Assembly: GCA_002716485.1 (NCBI GenBank)
Contig: PBBE01000005.1
Coordinates: 1-51,129, forward strand
DNA length: 51,129 nucleotides
Reading direction: 5' to 3'
Source: Actinomycetota bacterium
GTDB lineage: Bacteria; Margulisbacteria; Marinamargulisbacteria; GCA-2716485
Below the pieces are notes generated by a model. That model did not search any database and had not been told where the DNA came from. It worked only from the letters and a program-made list of their open reading frames with translations. The translations under genes and the position numbers were made by a program. Positions 26,011 through 35,158 of this stretch are shown here, piece by piece. Position 1 is the stretch's first letter. Every line of letters starts with the position of its first letter.

Positions 26011-28541
26011 AGTCGCTCCTGGGCTTGTTGTTTGAATCGGCCTTCCAGTTCCCAAATATCTTTGGTCTTTCTGATTTCGATAGGGTCACCTGGAAAGGCA
26101 TGAAATGTGTATTTGATTATCAATTCATCGTTCATTTTATTATACCCAAAACTGGCCTCTCGTCTATGTTCTTTTTTGATGATCTGGAAGGTCTGCATCT
26201 CGTATCGGGTCTGATCGAACTCGGCCCTTTGGTTTTGGGTCCGGTATTTGTAGTTGCCTTTGATGTACCATTCATAGTCTTTTTGGGTCCCGACTTTGAA
26301 GTTGATACTCAAGGTGGAACTTAGGATCTTAAATTCAGTCTTGTTAGGGTCCGTGACACCCAGCCATTGGTTCAGGTCGATGGACGACTGTTGGCTGATA
26401 TTGAGCCTGTGTAGGATCGGGAACTTATAAATATCTAGGTTTTTGAGTTTGATATTGGTTTTGAGAGGGGTATAAATGGCTGTGTCGTTGGGATTAGGGT
26501 TTAGTTTCTTTTGGGATGAAAATTGCATGGATAGTTTTTTGGTGATGTCTAATTTGAGTACTGAGTTGAGTTGACCCCAACGGAACTGTTCTTCTTTGAG
26601 CCAATCGAAGCTGCTCCCATTTTTCCAATTGAATTTGATATAAGGAAAGAAGCGACCTGCCTTTTTGGTGATGTTCAGGACAAGGTCTTCTCGGAGCTTA
26701 TTTTCTTGTTGGTTACTGGCCTTTGATAGCCGATAGAACGGTGAATTGTTTTCTTTGGGGGCGTATTTGCTGGTATAACTGGATTCTAATGTTATCCATC
26801 TTTTTAGGAGACTGAAATTGTGTCGTAATGAAAAAGATAATGAATTGGCTTGGTCACCGGAACCTAGGGCATAGCCCGGGTTCTTAAAGACATATTGGTC
26901 GAAAGAAAGGGAGCTGCTTACCTGGCTGTTTAGGGGTAACTTATCAAAAGAACGGCTCAGGGATTGGGTCAAGTGAAAGACGTTAGGGGCCAGGTTAAAG
27001 AACTCGGTATTGGGGAATGCGATGACTTCTTTTCGTTCAGAATGGTAGCGCTTTTCTTGGTAACGACCAAAAATCGTACTCTGGCTCAGGTTAAAGCCCC
27101 ATAAATGGTGACTTAAATTAAACGAAATTTCTGGTAATTTATATAAGAAATCGTTTTCTTTGTTGGTGGTATCGGAGGTGACCCGTTCTTCGTCTAGGTC
27201 GATGAGCTGCTCGAATAGGAGTTTGACACTGAAGTTAGGGGTGAATTTTTGGGTGATGGTACTGGTGGACTTGAGTTTGGTATTCGCACTTTCACTGTCC
27301 AGGAGCTGGTCTTGCTCATGGTAGGTTAATTGGTTGCTTACGGATGTGTTCGAACCGAATTTTCGGGACAGCTTACTCGATGACTGGACTGTTCGGGTAT
27401 TACTGTTTTCGTTTTTAGTATATGTGAAATGGATTGGGTTTTGTTGGTTGAAGTGTCGGGAGAGTTGAACTTGGGTATTCAGTCGGTTTTGGAGTAAGTT
27501 TTGGGATTCTGAAACTTGGGTATTCAAATAGTTGCCTAAGTTGTCATAGGTATATTGGAGGGTCTTTTGTTCGGATTTTTCTTGACCGTTTTGGTTGATC
27601 TTGGCGTCCAGGTCCACATGGTGGTACCGGGCCTTTAATCGGGTCCAATCGTTGAAATGGAAGGTGTTTTCCAATGCAAATTTTCGGTTATGGAGGGGGA
27701 TATTCTCATTTTCAAAATTAAACGAATAGGCATAGATATTGCCTTCATTTTTGGGGAGTCGGTAATGATGGTTCACGCCAAAGCCTAAGCTGCCTTTTCG
27801 ATTGTCTTTGGCTTCAAACCAATCCAACAAGAGGCTGGAGTCTTTTTTGTTTTCGTATTTGTAATCGATGGTATTTTGGACAAAGTATCCCCAACCTGGT
27901 TGGCTTTTTTTCCCTATTTTTGGAAAATTCCAAACGACTTTACGTTTTCCAAGCTTATAGGAGTAATAGGGGATGGGGTATAGTTCTAGTAAGGGGACCG
28001 GGGGCAAGAGGTTGAAGGGGAAAAAAGTCCACTCATTGAGCATGAACCCGCCAAGTAGATCAATTTTTTTATCAGGGACGTATTTGAATCGGTAGGCCCA
28101 GATATAATGGTGAGGGTGGTCTAACTCACAGCTACTTACCTTTCCCCACTTTCCTGTTTTATGGGTACTATAGTCGGTGATCTCTTTGGCTGATAGATAG
28201 AGCTTTCCTTTTTTTTCGGGAGGCTCGATGGTGATATTGATATCTGAAATGGTCGCACTTTCTTTTTCAAGGTCTAATAAGAGGCTACTGCTATCGAATT
28301 GGTCATCCCCTCGAGAGAATGAGATGGGTTCTTGGCTCCAGACGGTGCTTTGGTCGACATTTAGATGCATTTCACGGCTACTCAGGGCAATGTCTTTGAA
28401 TTTGAGTCGGACATTTTTGAAGGCGGATAAGGTTCGTGTATCTTCGTTGTATAGGACTTCATGGGCATTTAGAATGACCATGTTCGCTAGCAGGTGACTT
28501 GCGTAGAAGAGAAATCCAATTAGTAGGCCCCACTTTTTCAT
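26007..28541 (-). CDS. lptD: LptD/OstA-like outer-membrane LPS-assembly protein
   Basis: 844 aa with a signal peptide. The N-terminus is OstA-like (NAHEVLYNEDTRTLSAFKNVRLKFKDIALSSREMHLN...). A very long Tyr/Asn/Ser/Phe-rich strand region follows. It lies in one operon with lptF/G and lnt. Confidence 0.55.
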   Translation of the reverse strand: MKKWGLLIGFLFYASHLLANMVILNAHEVLYNEDTRTLSAFKNVRLKFKDIALSSREMHLNVDQSTVWSQEPISFSRGDDQFDSSSLLLDLEKESATISDINITIEPPEKKGKLYLSAKEITDYSTHKTGKWGKVSSCELDHPHHYIWAYRFKYVPDKKIDLLGGFMLNEWTFFPFNLLPPVPLLELYPIPYYSYKLGKRKVVWNFPKIGKKSQPGWGYFVQNTIDYKYENKKDSSLLLDWFEAKDNRKGSLGFGVNHHYRLPKNEGNIYAYSFNFENENIPLHNRKFALENTFHFNDWTRLKARYHHVDLDAKINQNGQEKSEQKTLQYTYDNLGNYLNTQVSESQNLLQNRLNTQVQLSRHFNQQNPIHFTYTKNENSNTRTVQSSSKLSRKFGSNTSVSNQLTYHEQDQLLDSESANTKLKSTSTITQKFTPNFSVKLLFEQLIDLDEERVTSDTTNKENDFLYKLPEISFNLSHHLWGFNLSQSTIFGRYQEKRYHSERKEVIAFPNTEFFNLAPNVFHLTQSLSRSFDKLPLNSQVSSSLSFDQYVFKNPGYALGSGDQANSLSFSLRHNFSLLKRWITLESSYTSKYAPKENNSPFYRLSKASNQQENKLREDLVLNITKKAGRFFPYIKFNWKNGSSFDWLKEEQFRWGQLNSVLKLDITKKLSMQFSSQKKLNPNPNDTAIYTPLKTNIKLKNLDIYKFPILHRLNISQQSSIDLNQWLGVTDPNKTEFKILSSTLSINFKVGTQKDYEWYIKGNYKYRTQNQRAEFDQTRYEMQTFQIIKKEHRREASFGYNKMNDELIIKYTFHAFPGDPIEIRKTKDIWELEGRFKQQAQERL

Positions 28542-30931
28542 TTGAATAATTGTTTGATATCGTCTTTAGGTGTTGAGGTCCAGCTTTGGGGATGATAAGA
28601 CTCAGGATCTAAGTAATGGATCCGACGGTGGATAAATAGATTAAAGCACGGGTTCTCACTGGCTTTCATCCAATAGATGCCGGCTAACTTTGGCTGTTCT
28701 TTTTGGGCATATAAATCACCCAGTTGTAGGTAGGCCAAGTGATGATGGGGCTGGGTTTCTAAGATTTTCTGTAATTGTTTGATGGCGGTATCGTATTGGC
28801 CGAGTTGGGTATTAATGAGGGCCAGGTTGAGTTGGATATTGATGCTTGTGGGGGCCAGTTCATGGGCGTTTTCTAGTTCTTGTTTAGCGGTACTGATATT
28901 TCCTTTAAGTAGGGATAAGATCCCTTGGTTATTAATAATATTGGCGATGTTAGGGTTGAGTTGAGCAGCGATTTGGAATTCTTCTTGGGCAAGTTCATAT
29001 TCTTGGGCGAATAGTTGTAAGATGCCTTTATTGTTATGCGGGTCGGCAAGACTGATGATGTTTTGCTGATCTGTTTCTGTTGAAACGGGGTCTTTGTACA
29101 TGCAAGCGATGGGGATTAGTTGGGTGCTATCTGGGGTTTGTATGGCAGAGAGGGTCCTTAGAGGGGAGTTTAATTGGCAATGGGTATTGATAACTGACAG
29201 GGTTCGGTTCAATGGCGCTGATTTTTCAGGTAATTTGGATAATTGTAATTGCATGTCTTCATGGGCGCCATGGAAGAATAGATTGGCGTAATGATAGTGC
29301 TGACAGAGGTCATATAAGGGGTGGTTTTTGGCAATATGAGGGAGTATCCGATTGAGTTGGGTACTCACTAGATCAAATCGGCCTAGTTCAATAAAGCAGC
29401 GGCTCACCAATAGCTGGGCTTGCTGATGGATATTGTCGCTAGGTTCGATATGTTGAAATTGTTCGATGGCGGCATACATATCACCTTTACGTAAGTGGAG
29501 TAATCCAATAATGAGTGGTGATATTGGGGGGCTACTGGTTGGGTTGAGATGATGGTCTAAGGTGTCATTAATTTGTTTTAATTTATTTTGTTTGAGTAGC
29601 TGATGCAGTGGCCAGTGACTAGGGTAGGTGCTAATGGCATCTTGTAAGGCGATCAAGGCAGAGCCGGTATCGGATTGTCGTTGATGGGTTTTGATTAATA
29701 AGATCCTAGCGTCCAGGTCTTTTTCAGAATTTAAGAGCCGTTGGCATATCTGAATACAGGCTAAATGTTCGTTTTTATTATATTCATGATGGGCCAAAAA
29801 GAACTGGCAGTGGGTGCTTTTTTCGGGATGTTTATCTGGGATTTGTTTGATTTGTTCGAGTAGGGGTTCTTCAAGGGGTTCGTTAAGACTTAATAGGGTG
29901 TCAATACATGTGAAGGTTGTGTTTAGATCGCCAGCTTTTAAGGCAACTTTAATTTGTAAGGAAAGACCTAAATGTTGTTTAGGTTCGGCGTCCATGACCT
30001 GTTTGAGGAGCTGTTGACAGTCGTCATCAAAGCGGTTCAGATGATCAAATAGTTGGTTGAGGTAGCTGATGCTTTGGGTGAATTGTTTGCTTTGGTAGGA
30101 GAATAAGGCCAAGGTAAATAATAGGGGCTGGTTATGTGGGAAGGTGTTTAATGCCTCTTTTAATAATCGAATGGATTCAGGAACAAAGCTACTATCTTTA
30201 TCGCAAAGTAATTTGACTTGTTTGACAGCTTTTTGGGGCTCACATGCTTGAAAATAAAGAGAGATGAGCTGTTGATGGATCTCGTAATTGGAGGGGCAAT
30301 TTCTCAGAATGTCTTCTACAAACGTAATAATATTCGTTAAGCTATTTGGTGAAATGGGGAGGGCGTTTAAGTAGGTGCGAATGGCTTGAAGATATTGTTT
30401 GTTGCGTTTATATAGTTCGGCCAAGAGCTGATAATTTTGATAGTGTTGAGGGTCATTTTCGATGAGTTTATTATAAATAACGATGCTCTTTTCAATGTCT
30501 TTGCTCTCCAAATAGATTTTGGGTAAGATGTCCAAAATGGCAGTGTCATAAATTTGCTGTTCAAAGGCGGTTTCAAAAATGGCTTTGATTTTATCTTGGC
30601 ATTGCTGTTGGTGATAGATTTTGGCAAGTAGGTGATAGGCTTGAGAGAAGTGGGGATCTAGTTCAATAATATCTTCTAGTTCTTCAACCGCATCGTTGTA
30701 TTTGGATGTAAATATATATAGATCACTTAGGCAGACGCGAAGGGGGATATCGCTGTAGTGTCGATTTATTTTTTTGTAGATATAGGTTAAGATGCTGGGT
30801 AAATATTCGGGGGTACTACTGATGAGTTGCTTGAATCGGTTGAATCCGTCTCGGTATTGGTTTTGGCTTAGGCAATGGCAGGCCACTTGGAAGTCTTTAT
30901 TGCTTTTGAGAGGGGTTATTTGTATTTGCAT
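28538..30931 (-). CDS. TPR-repeat protein without a signal peptide
   Basis: 797 aa with many 34-aa TPR-like units (for example AYHLLAKIYHQQQ..., YQLLAELYKRNKQYLQAIRTY, AYLQLGDLYAQKEQPKLAGIYW). It overlaps lptF/G by 16 bp and the lptD-like gene by 4 bp. Confidence 0.7.
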   Translation of the reverse strand: MQIQITPLKSNKDFQVACHCLSQNQYRDGFNRFKQLISSTPEYLPSILTYIYKKINRHYSDIPLRVCLSDLYIFTSKYNDAVEELEDIIELDPHFSQAYHLLAKIYHQQQCQDKIKAIFETAFEQQIYDTAILDILPKIYLESKDIEKSIVIYNKLIENDPQHYQNYQLLAELYKRNKQYLQAIRTYLNALPISPNSLTNIITFVEDILRNCPSNYEIHQQLISLYFQACEPQKAVKQVKLLCDKDSSFVPESIRLLKEALNTFPHNQPLLFTLALFSYQSKQFTQSISYLNQLFDHLNRFDDDCQQLLKQVMDAEPKQHLGLSLQIKVALKAGDLNTTFTCIDTLLSLNEPLEEPLLEQIKQIPDKHPEKSTHCQFFLAHHEYNKNEHLACIQICQRLLNSEKDLDARILLIKTHQRQSDTGSALIALQDAISTYPSHWPLHQLLKQNKLKQINDTLDHHLNPTSSPPISPLIIGLLHLRKGDMYAAIEQFQHIEPSDNIHQQAQLLVSRCFIELGRFDLVSTQLNRILPHIAKNHPLYDLCQHYHYANLFFHGAHEDMQLQLSKLPEKSAPLNRTLSVINTHCQLNSPLRTLSAIQTPDSTQLIPIACMYKDPVSTETDQQNIISLADPHNNKGILQLFAQEYELAQEEFQIAAQLNPNIANIINNQGILSLLKGNISTAKQELENAHELAPTSINIQLNLALINTQLGQYDTAIKQLQKILETQPHHHLAYLQLGDLYAQKEQPKLAGIYWMKASENPCFNLFIHRRIHYLDPESYHPQSWTSTPKDDIKQLFK

Positions 30932-32043
30932 TGGTAATAAATGGCACTACTGGCAATACTGCCGTAGATGAGGTTAGGTGTCCATGCGGATAAGAAGGGG
31001 GTTAAGGTCCCGTCTTTTCCAAGGGCTCGAAATAAAGCCACAATAAAAAAGTAGAAGCCGACAGATAAAACAGCGGTACAAATGGAGATAATAACGCCCC
31101 ACCAGTCTTTACCTGAGCGAACAAAGCTGAGGCAATAGGCAATGCCGATAAGGCCAAAGATGAGGCAGGCGGTGGGTATGCTTCGTTTTAAGTGATATTC
31201 CACTTTGAGGGCGCGGGTACTCACGCCGCCTTTATCCAATTGGCTGATTTTGGTTTTAAGTTCTTTAGAGTCCATTTCTTTGGCTGTTTTTTGTTTGCTA
31301 TAAAATGTCTTAATATTTTGGTCGACATGAATTGTAAGTTCTTTGAAGTGGTCTGAAAAATCAAGTTGCCCGTTCTGGTCAAACTCTATGATATACCCAT
31401 CTAATAGTTGCCATTTCATTTGGTTCCATTTTGCTTTTTTTGCGGTCATAAACCGTGGGAATTGGGCGGTTTCTTCAAAGACAAATATTGTTTTCATTAA
31501 GGATGTTTTAGCATTGATTTCTTTGATATAAAAATATCGGCCCATGGGGTCTTTAAAGACCACGTTTTCTACAATATCAGGGGGTGGTTTTCGTTTGATT
31601 TCACGACGAATAATTTTATCGGACTCTTCATTGGTCCAAGGGACGACTTTTTCGTTGGTGATATAGGAGAGTAATGTAGTGCCAATAGTGGCTAGTAATA
31701 AGGGGACTAAAATTCGAAACGTATGAACGCCTGAACAACGCAGAATGGTCAGTTCATTGTCTTTTGCCATTCGAACTAATAAGAGCATAATCGAAAATAG
31801 GACGGACATGGGGAAAAACAGGACCATAATGGCCGGCAGTTTATAGATGAGTAATTTAAGTATCACACTAATGGAGATCCCCGAAATGACCACCAGCTCT
31901 ACTAAGTAGAACAGGATATCTACAATTCCGATGAGGGCAAATCCACCTACAGACAAGAAGAAGGGCCCCCAAAACTCCCGAAAGAAATATCGATCTAGGA
32001 TGCTGGTATGTCGATATATGAGGGTGTTGAGGGTGCTCTTCAT
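30916..32043 (-). CDS. LPS export ABC permease, LptF/LptG (YjgP/YjgQ) family
   Basis: 375 aa with the family opening ILDRYFFREFWGPFFLSVGGFALIGIVD. Its topology is 3 TM + periplasmic beta-jellyroll + 3 TM. Only one such gene is present in the window. Confidence 0.8.
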   Translation of the reverse strand: MKSTLNTLIYRHTSILDRYFFREFWGPFFLSVGGFALIGIVDILFYLVELVVISGISISVILKLLIYKLPAIMVLFFPMSVLFSIMLLLVRMAKDNELTILRCSGVHTFRILVPLLLATIGTTLLSYITNEKVVPWTNEESDKIIRREIKRKPPPDIVENVVFKDPMGRYFYIKEINAKTSLMKTIFVFEETAQFPRFMTAKKAKWNQMKWQLLDGYIIEFDQNGQLDFSDHFKELTIHVDQNIKTFYSKQKTAKEMDSKELKTKISQLDKGGVSTRALKVEYHLKRSIPTACLIFGLIGIAYCLSFVRSGKDWWGVIISICTAVLSVGFYFFIVALFRALGKDGTLTPFLSAWTPNLIYGSIASSAIYYQCKYK

Positions 32044-32065
32044 TATAGGAAACGTGTCCTATGCG

Positions 32066-32266
32066 TTAATATAGCTCGTCCGCTTGTTGCTGGATTTCTG
32101 TCCGTCGACGTGCTGCTTTGGCACGACGTTTTTTGGTTTCAGATGGTTTTTCAAAGTGCTCACGGCTCCGTAGTTCTTGAAGGGTTCCTTCATTTTTTAC
32201 TTTTCGTTTGAACTTTCGGAGCATAGAGTCAATACTTTCACCTGGCCGTTTCTCTTGTTTTGCCAT
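32066..32266 (-). CDS. rpsU: 30S ribosomal protein S21
   Basis: 66 aa: ...ESIDSMLRKFKRKVKNEGTLQELRSREHFEKPSETKKRRAKAARRR. This is the canonical S21 pattern. Confidence 0.92.
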   Translation of the reverse strand: MAKQEKRPGESIDSMLRKFKRKVKNEGTLQELRSREHFEKPSETKKRRAKAARRRTEIQQQADELY

Positions 32267-32291
32267 AAATATTACTCCTTAATATTAATGT

Positions 32292-32321
32292 ATTATACCT
32301 TTATTTTGCCCTTGGAATCAA
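32292..32321 (-). promoter_or_regulatory. Candidate sigma70-type promoter for rpsU (TTGATT-N18-TATAAT on the minus strand)
   Basis: Read directly. Plus-strand AATCAA at 32316..32321 and ATTATA at 32292..32297 are the reverse complements of TTGATT and TATAAT. An AAGGAG Shine-Dalgarno follows before the ATG at 32266. Confidence 0.35.
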
Positions 32322-32456
32322 CTTTGATTCTATGCTAATACTTTTTTTAAAAAGACTTTATTCTTAGCTAAGGCATTGATTAGGGTTGGATACCCTATTT
32401 TACTGGTATAATCTAGGCATTATATCAGGAAAAAGTAGGCAGGGATAGGGGGGGGC

Positions 32457-33305
32457 TTATGGGGTGCTGATAAGAGCAGACTCTAATAAGAGTTTGGTAT
32501 TGGTGTTGCTATCGATATATCGAAGGGTATCGACGAGTTGAGTTAATATTGAGATGGGCGGTGTTGTTTGATTGAGGAGTTCTTCAATCCAGCTGTAAAG
32601 ATGGGTTTTGGCCATGATTTTGTTGCTACTCATTTCATTAATATGGGCCAGTTGTTTGACAGGGGACGCATTTTTTAGTTCTTGGTAAGTTAAATAACTT
32701 GTATTGGGGAGTGTTTGTGTTTGTATGGCTGCAATGAGTCGAGGGTACTGTTTGGGGATCAGTGATGGATCGGCGTCTTTGTTGAAGTGGTGTTTTGCGT
32801 ATGCTTGGACATGTTGCAGTGTACTTTTGGGGAAGTAATAGGATTGGCAGCGGGATAAGATGGTGCGTAGGAGCCGGGGTCGGTCATAAGAAAATAAAAT
32901 AAAGCAGGTTTGATCGGGTGGGTCTTCCAATGTCTTTAAAAAGGCATTGGCAGCTTCTGTTGTCATTTGGTCACAGCGATGAATAATTACAAATAACATG
33001 GAGCGTTCATGAGGGCCGTATTTAATCTCAGATTGTAGGGTTTTTATATGATCGATTTTGATTTTCTTTTCTTCATTGATCTGGATGACATCGGTAGTGG
33101 CCCGATCGGGGTCATCAAAGACGATTTGTTTGAGTTCGGGTTCGTGCTTTTGTTGCCACAGGGAGACAAAACGGTGAGTCGCATCTTTGAGGAATGCGCC
33201 AGGTTCGCCATAAAACAAAAGTCCGTTGGCCAGACGCTGTTGGGAGGATAAGATTTCTAATGTTTCTTGACTTTTCTTAGGGAAAGAAATACCGGTATCG
33301 GTCAC
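32457..33305 (-). CDS. holB: DNA polymerase III delta' subunit
   Basis: 282 aa with a degenerate P-loop (LLFYGEPGAFLKDA). It carries the clamp-loader box TTEAANAFLKTLEDPPDQTCFILFSYDRPRLLRTILSRCQSYYF. Confidence 0.75.
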   Translation of the reverse strand: MTDTGISFPKKSQETLEILSSQQRLANGLLFYGEPGAFLKDATHRFVSLWQQKHEPELKQIVFDDPDRATTDVIQINEEKKIKIDHIKTLQSEIKYGPHERSMLFVIIHRCDQMTTEAANAFLKTLEDPPDQTCFILFSYDRPRLLRTILSRCQSYYFPKSTLQHVQAYAKHHFNKDADPSLIPKQYPRLIAAIQTQTLPNTSYLTYQELKNASPVKQLAHINEMSSNKIMAKTHLYSWIEELLNQTTPPISILTQLVDTLRYIDSNTNTKLLLESALISTP

Positions 33306-33307
33306 GT

Positions 33308-35149
33308 TTATTGGGCTTTCTCGACACTATATAAGATATCGTCAAATTGGTGACGATACATGGGCATATTGAGCCGTTTTTCATCAAGGATATGCCCAAT
33401 AAAGCCAATGCTTCTTCCTAGTGCAAAGAAGGCATTTAACGTACCGCTGGAAATGAAATCATCAATTTGCTCGCTTTCATAGCCCATGCCCATCCATAGA
33501 TCGACCATGAGTACACCAATGCATCCGTCTACATTTAAGATTAAGGTCTCTTTTTTGGCAGAGGTGATTTTTTCGACTTCCAATGCGTAGTTTAATAGAT
33601 CGGTGGATGGAAATGATTTTTTGGCATATTCTTTTAGGGACTTGACTCGAAGGTCTGGTTTTCGTACTGACTTGATTCGGTGTCCGATCCCTGAGATGAG
33701 CTGTTTGTTACGTTTTGCGTTTTCAATGAATTCGCTAGGGCTTAGTTGGTCGGCATAACCGGCTTTAAATTGTTTAGCGGCTTCATCAATGGCACCCCCA
33801 AAACGTGGGCCAATGGTTAATAGACCTGATGCCAGACATGATAAGAGGTCTTTTCCGGCACGGGCGGTGACCCGCGCGTTCATGGCGCCACTGACCGCAG
33901 GGCCATGGTCGGCGACGGTTTTGATAATGGTTTCAATGAAATTAGACGCCCATTTGGGGTAGCGTTTTTTGAACCATAATAAGGTAATGACATCGGCAAT
34001 AGAAAACCCAGTTTCTGGGGTTGCTACTGCGCTGATAGGAAAGCCGGCATAGACGGCTTCGTCGCCACGGTCATCAGAAATGGTACAGATAAAATTGGTT
34101 TCTTTTCGGATATCACCTTGTTTTTTGGCGGTATTATAATCAGTAGGGACATTGATATCCGTACTCGGGTCAATGGGTTTGATTTCCCCTTCTGCCACCA
34201 ATCGGGTATGTACGGCTTTGATCATTTCAGGAAGTTGATTAAAGGAGGCAGGGACTCTAAACCCGGCTTCTCTCATGGCTTGGTTTTTGCTGTCAGCGGT
34301 TTCACTTTCGTTGCTGGCATTTGCACCGGCATGACCAAATTGGATATCACTGCTGACATATTGAGTAATGGTTCCGATACACCATGCAATAATCGGCTTG
34401 GTGATACGTTTGGCTTTATAAGCGTCAATTAATTGATATTCATCAGTGCCGCCTACTTCACCGAGTAAAACGATGTATTTGATTTGAGGGTTTTTTTCCA
34501 TTCGTTCGACATGGGAGATAAAGGAGCTGCCTGGGAATCGGTCCCCACCAATGGCGACGCCTTCAGCGATTCCGCTACTATTATTGGCAATCATATTGGC
34601 CAGTTCGTTGAATAGTCCTCCTGATTTGGTTACCAACCCAGCGGCCCCTTGGAGGTTTAATTTGGAATTAATGATGGACTCTAATGATCCGCCAATGTTT
34701 CCTACTTTAAAATGGCCAGGGGTAATGGCACCTACTGTTGCAGGGCCAATTAAGGTGATGTTTCGTTTTTTGGCGATTAAATTTAATTCTCGGGTATAGC
34801 GTTCAGGGATCCCTTCTGCGGTGATTGAAATGGTACTGAAGTGGTTACTTAGTAAGGCCTCTTTGGTGGTGCTATATGCGGATCGAAATGAAGCGAAATT
34901 AATAAGGATACGACTGCTTTCATGGTGTTTGATGGCGTCTTGTAAGGTGGTATAGATGGGGATGATTACCTCAGTTTTTCCAAAGAAGAACTTTTGGAAG
35001 CTATTGGTTGCAGTGGGGTGGATAATGGCGGATACAGAGGGGGTTTTTCGTTGACAGACATAGTCATAATCTAACATTCGTTGGATGGCTTTTTTATTGT
35101 TATTAAAGAAAATTGCTTGGCATTCTTTTTCAAATAATATGTGACTCAT
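33308..35149 (-). CDS. aclA: ATP-citrate lyase alpha subunit (CoA-ligase plus citrate-synthase-like domains)
   Basis: 613 aa with a succinyl-CoA-synthetase-alpha-like half. That half includes the phosphohistidine motif (IQFGHAGANA). The C-terminus is citrate-synthase-like (GHRIKSVRKPDLRV...NVDGCIGVL). It lies directly downstream of aclB. Confidence 0.9.
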   Translation of the reverse strand: MSHILFEKECQAIFFNNNKKAIQRMLDYDYVCQRKTPSVSAIIHPTATNSFQKFFFGKTEVIIPIYTTLQDAIKHHESSRILINFASFRSAYSTTKEALLSNHFSTISITAEGIPERYTRELNLIAKKRNITLIGPATVGAITPGHFKVGNIGGSLESIINSKLNLQGAAGLVTKSGGLFNELANMIANNSSGIAEGVAIGGDRFPGSSFISHVERMEKNPQIKYIVLLGEVGGTDEYQLIDAYKAKRITKPIIAWCIGTITQYVSSDIQFGHAGANASNESETADSKNQAMREAGFRVPASFNQLPEMIKAVHTRLVAEGEIKPIDPSTDINVPTDYNTAKKQGDIRKETNFICTISDDRGDEAVYAGFPISAVATPETGFSIADVITLLWFKKRYPKWASNFIETIIKTVADHGPAVSGAMNARVTARAGKDLLSCLASGLLTIGPRFGGAIDEAAKQFKAGYADQLSPSEFIENAKRNKQLISGIGHRIKSVRKPDLRVKSLKEYAKKSFPSTDLLNYALEVEKITSAKKETLILNVDGCIGVLMVDLWMGMGYESEQIDDFISSGTLNAFFALGRSIGFIGHILDEKRLNMPMYRHQFDDILYSVEKAQ

Positions 35150-35158
35150 GATGAACTC

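Noticed and set aside
32404-32412. Plus-strand extended -10 element TGGTATAAT in the holB-rpsU gap.
   Set aside because: There is no plus-strand gene or recognisable RNA downstream; everything for 9 kb is on the minus strand. It is likely a chance match in AT-rich DNA.
32448-32455. G8 homopolymer 1 nt from the holB stop codon.
   Set aside because: It is not within a coding region and not between promoter elements. There is no evidence for phase variation.
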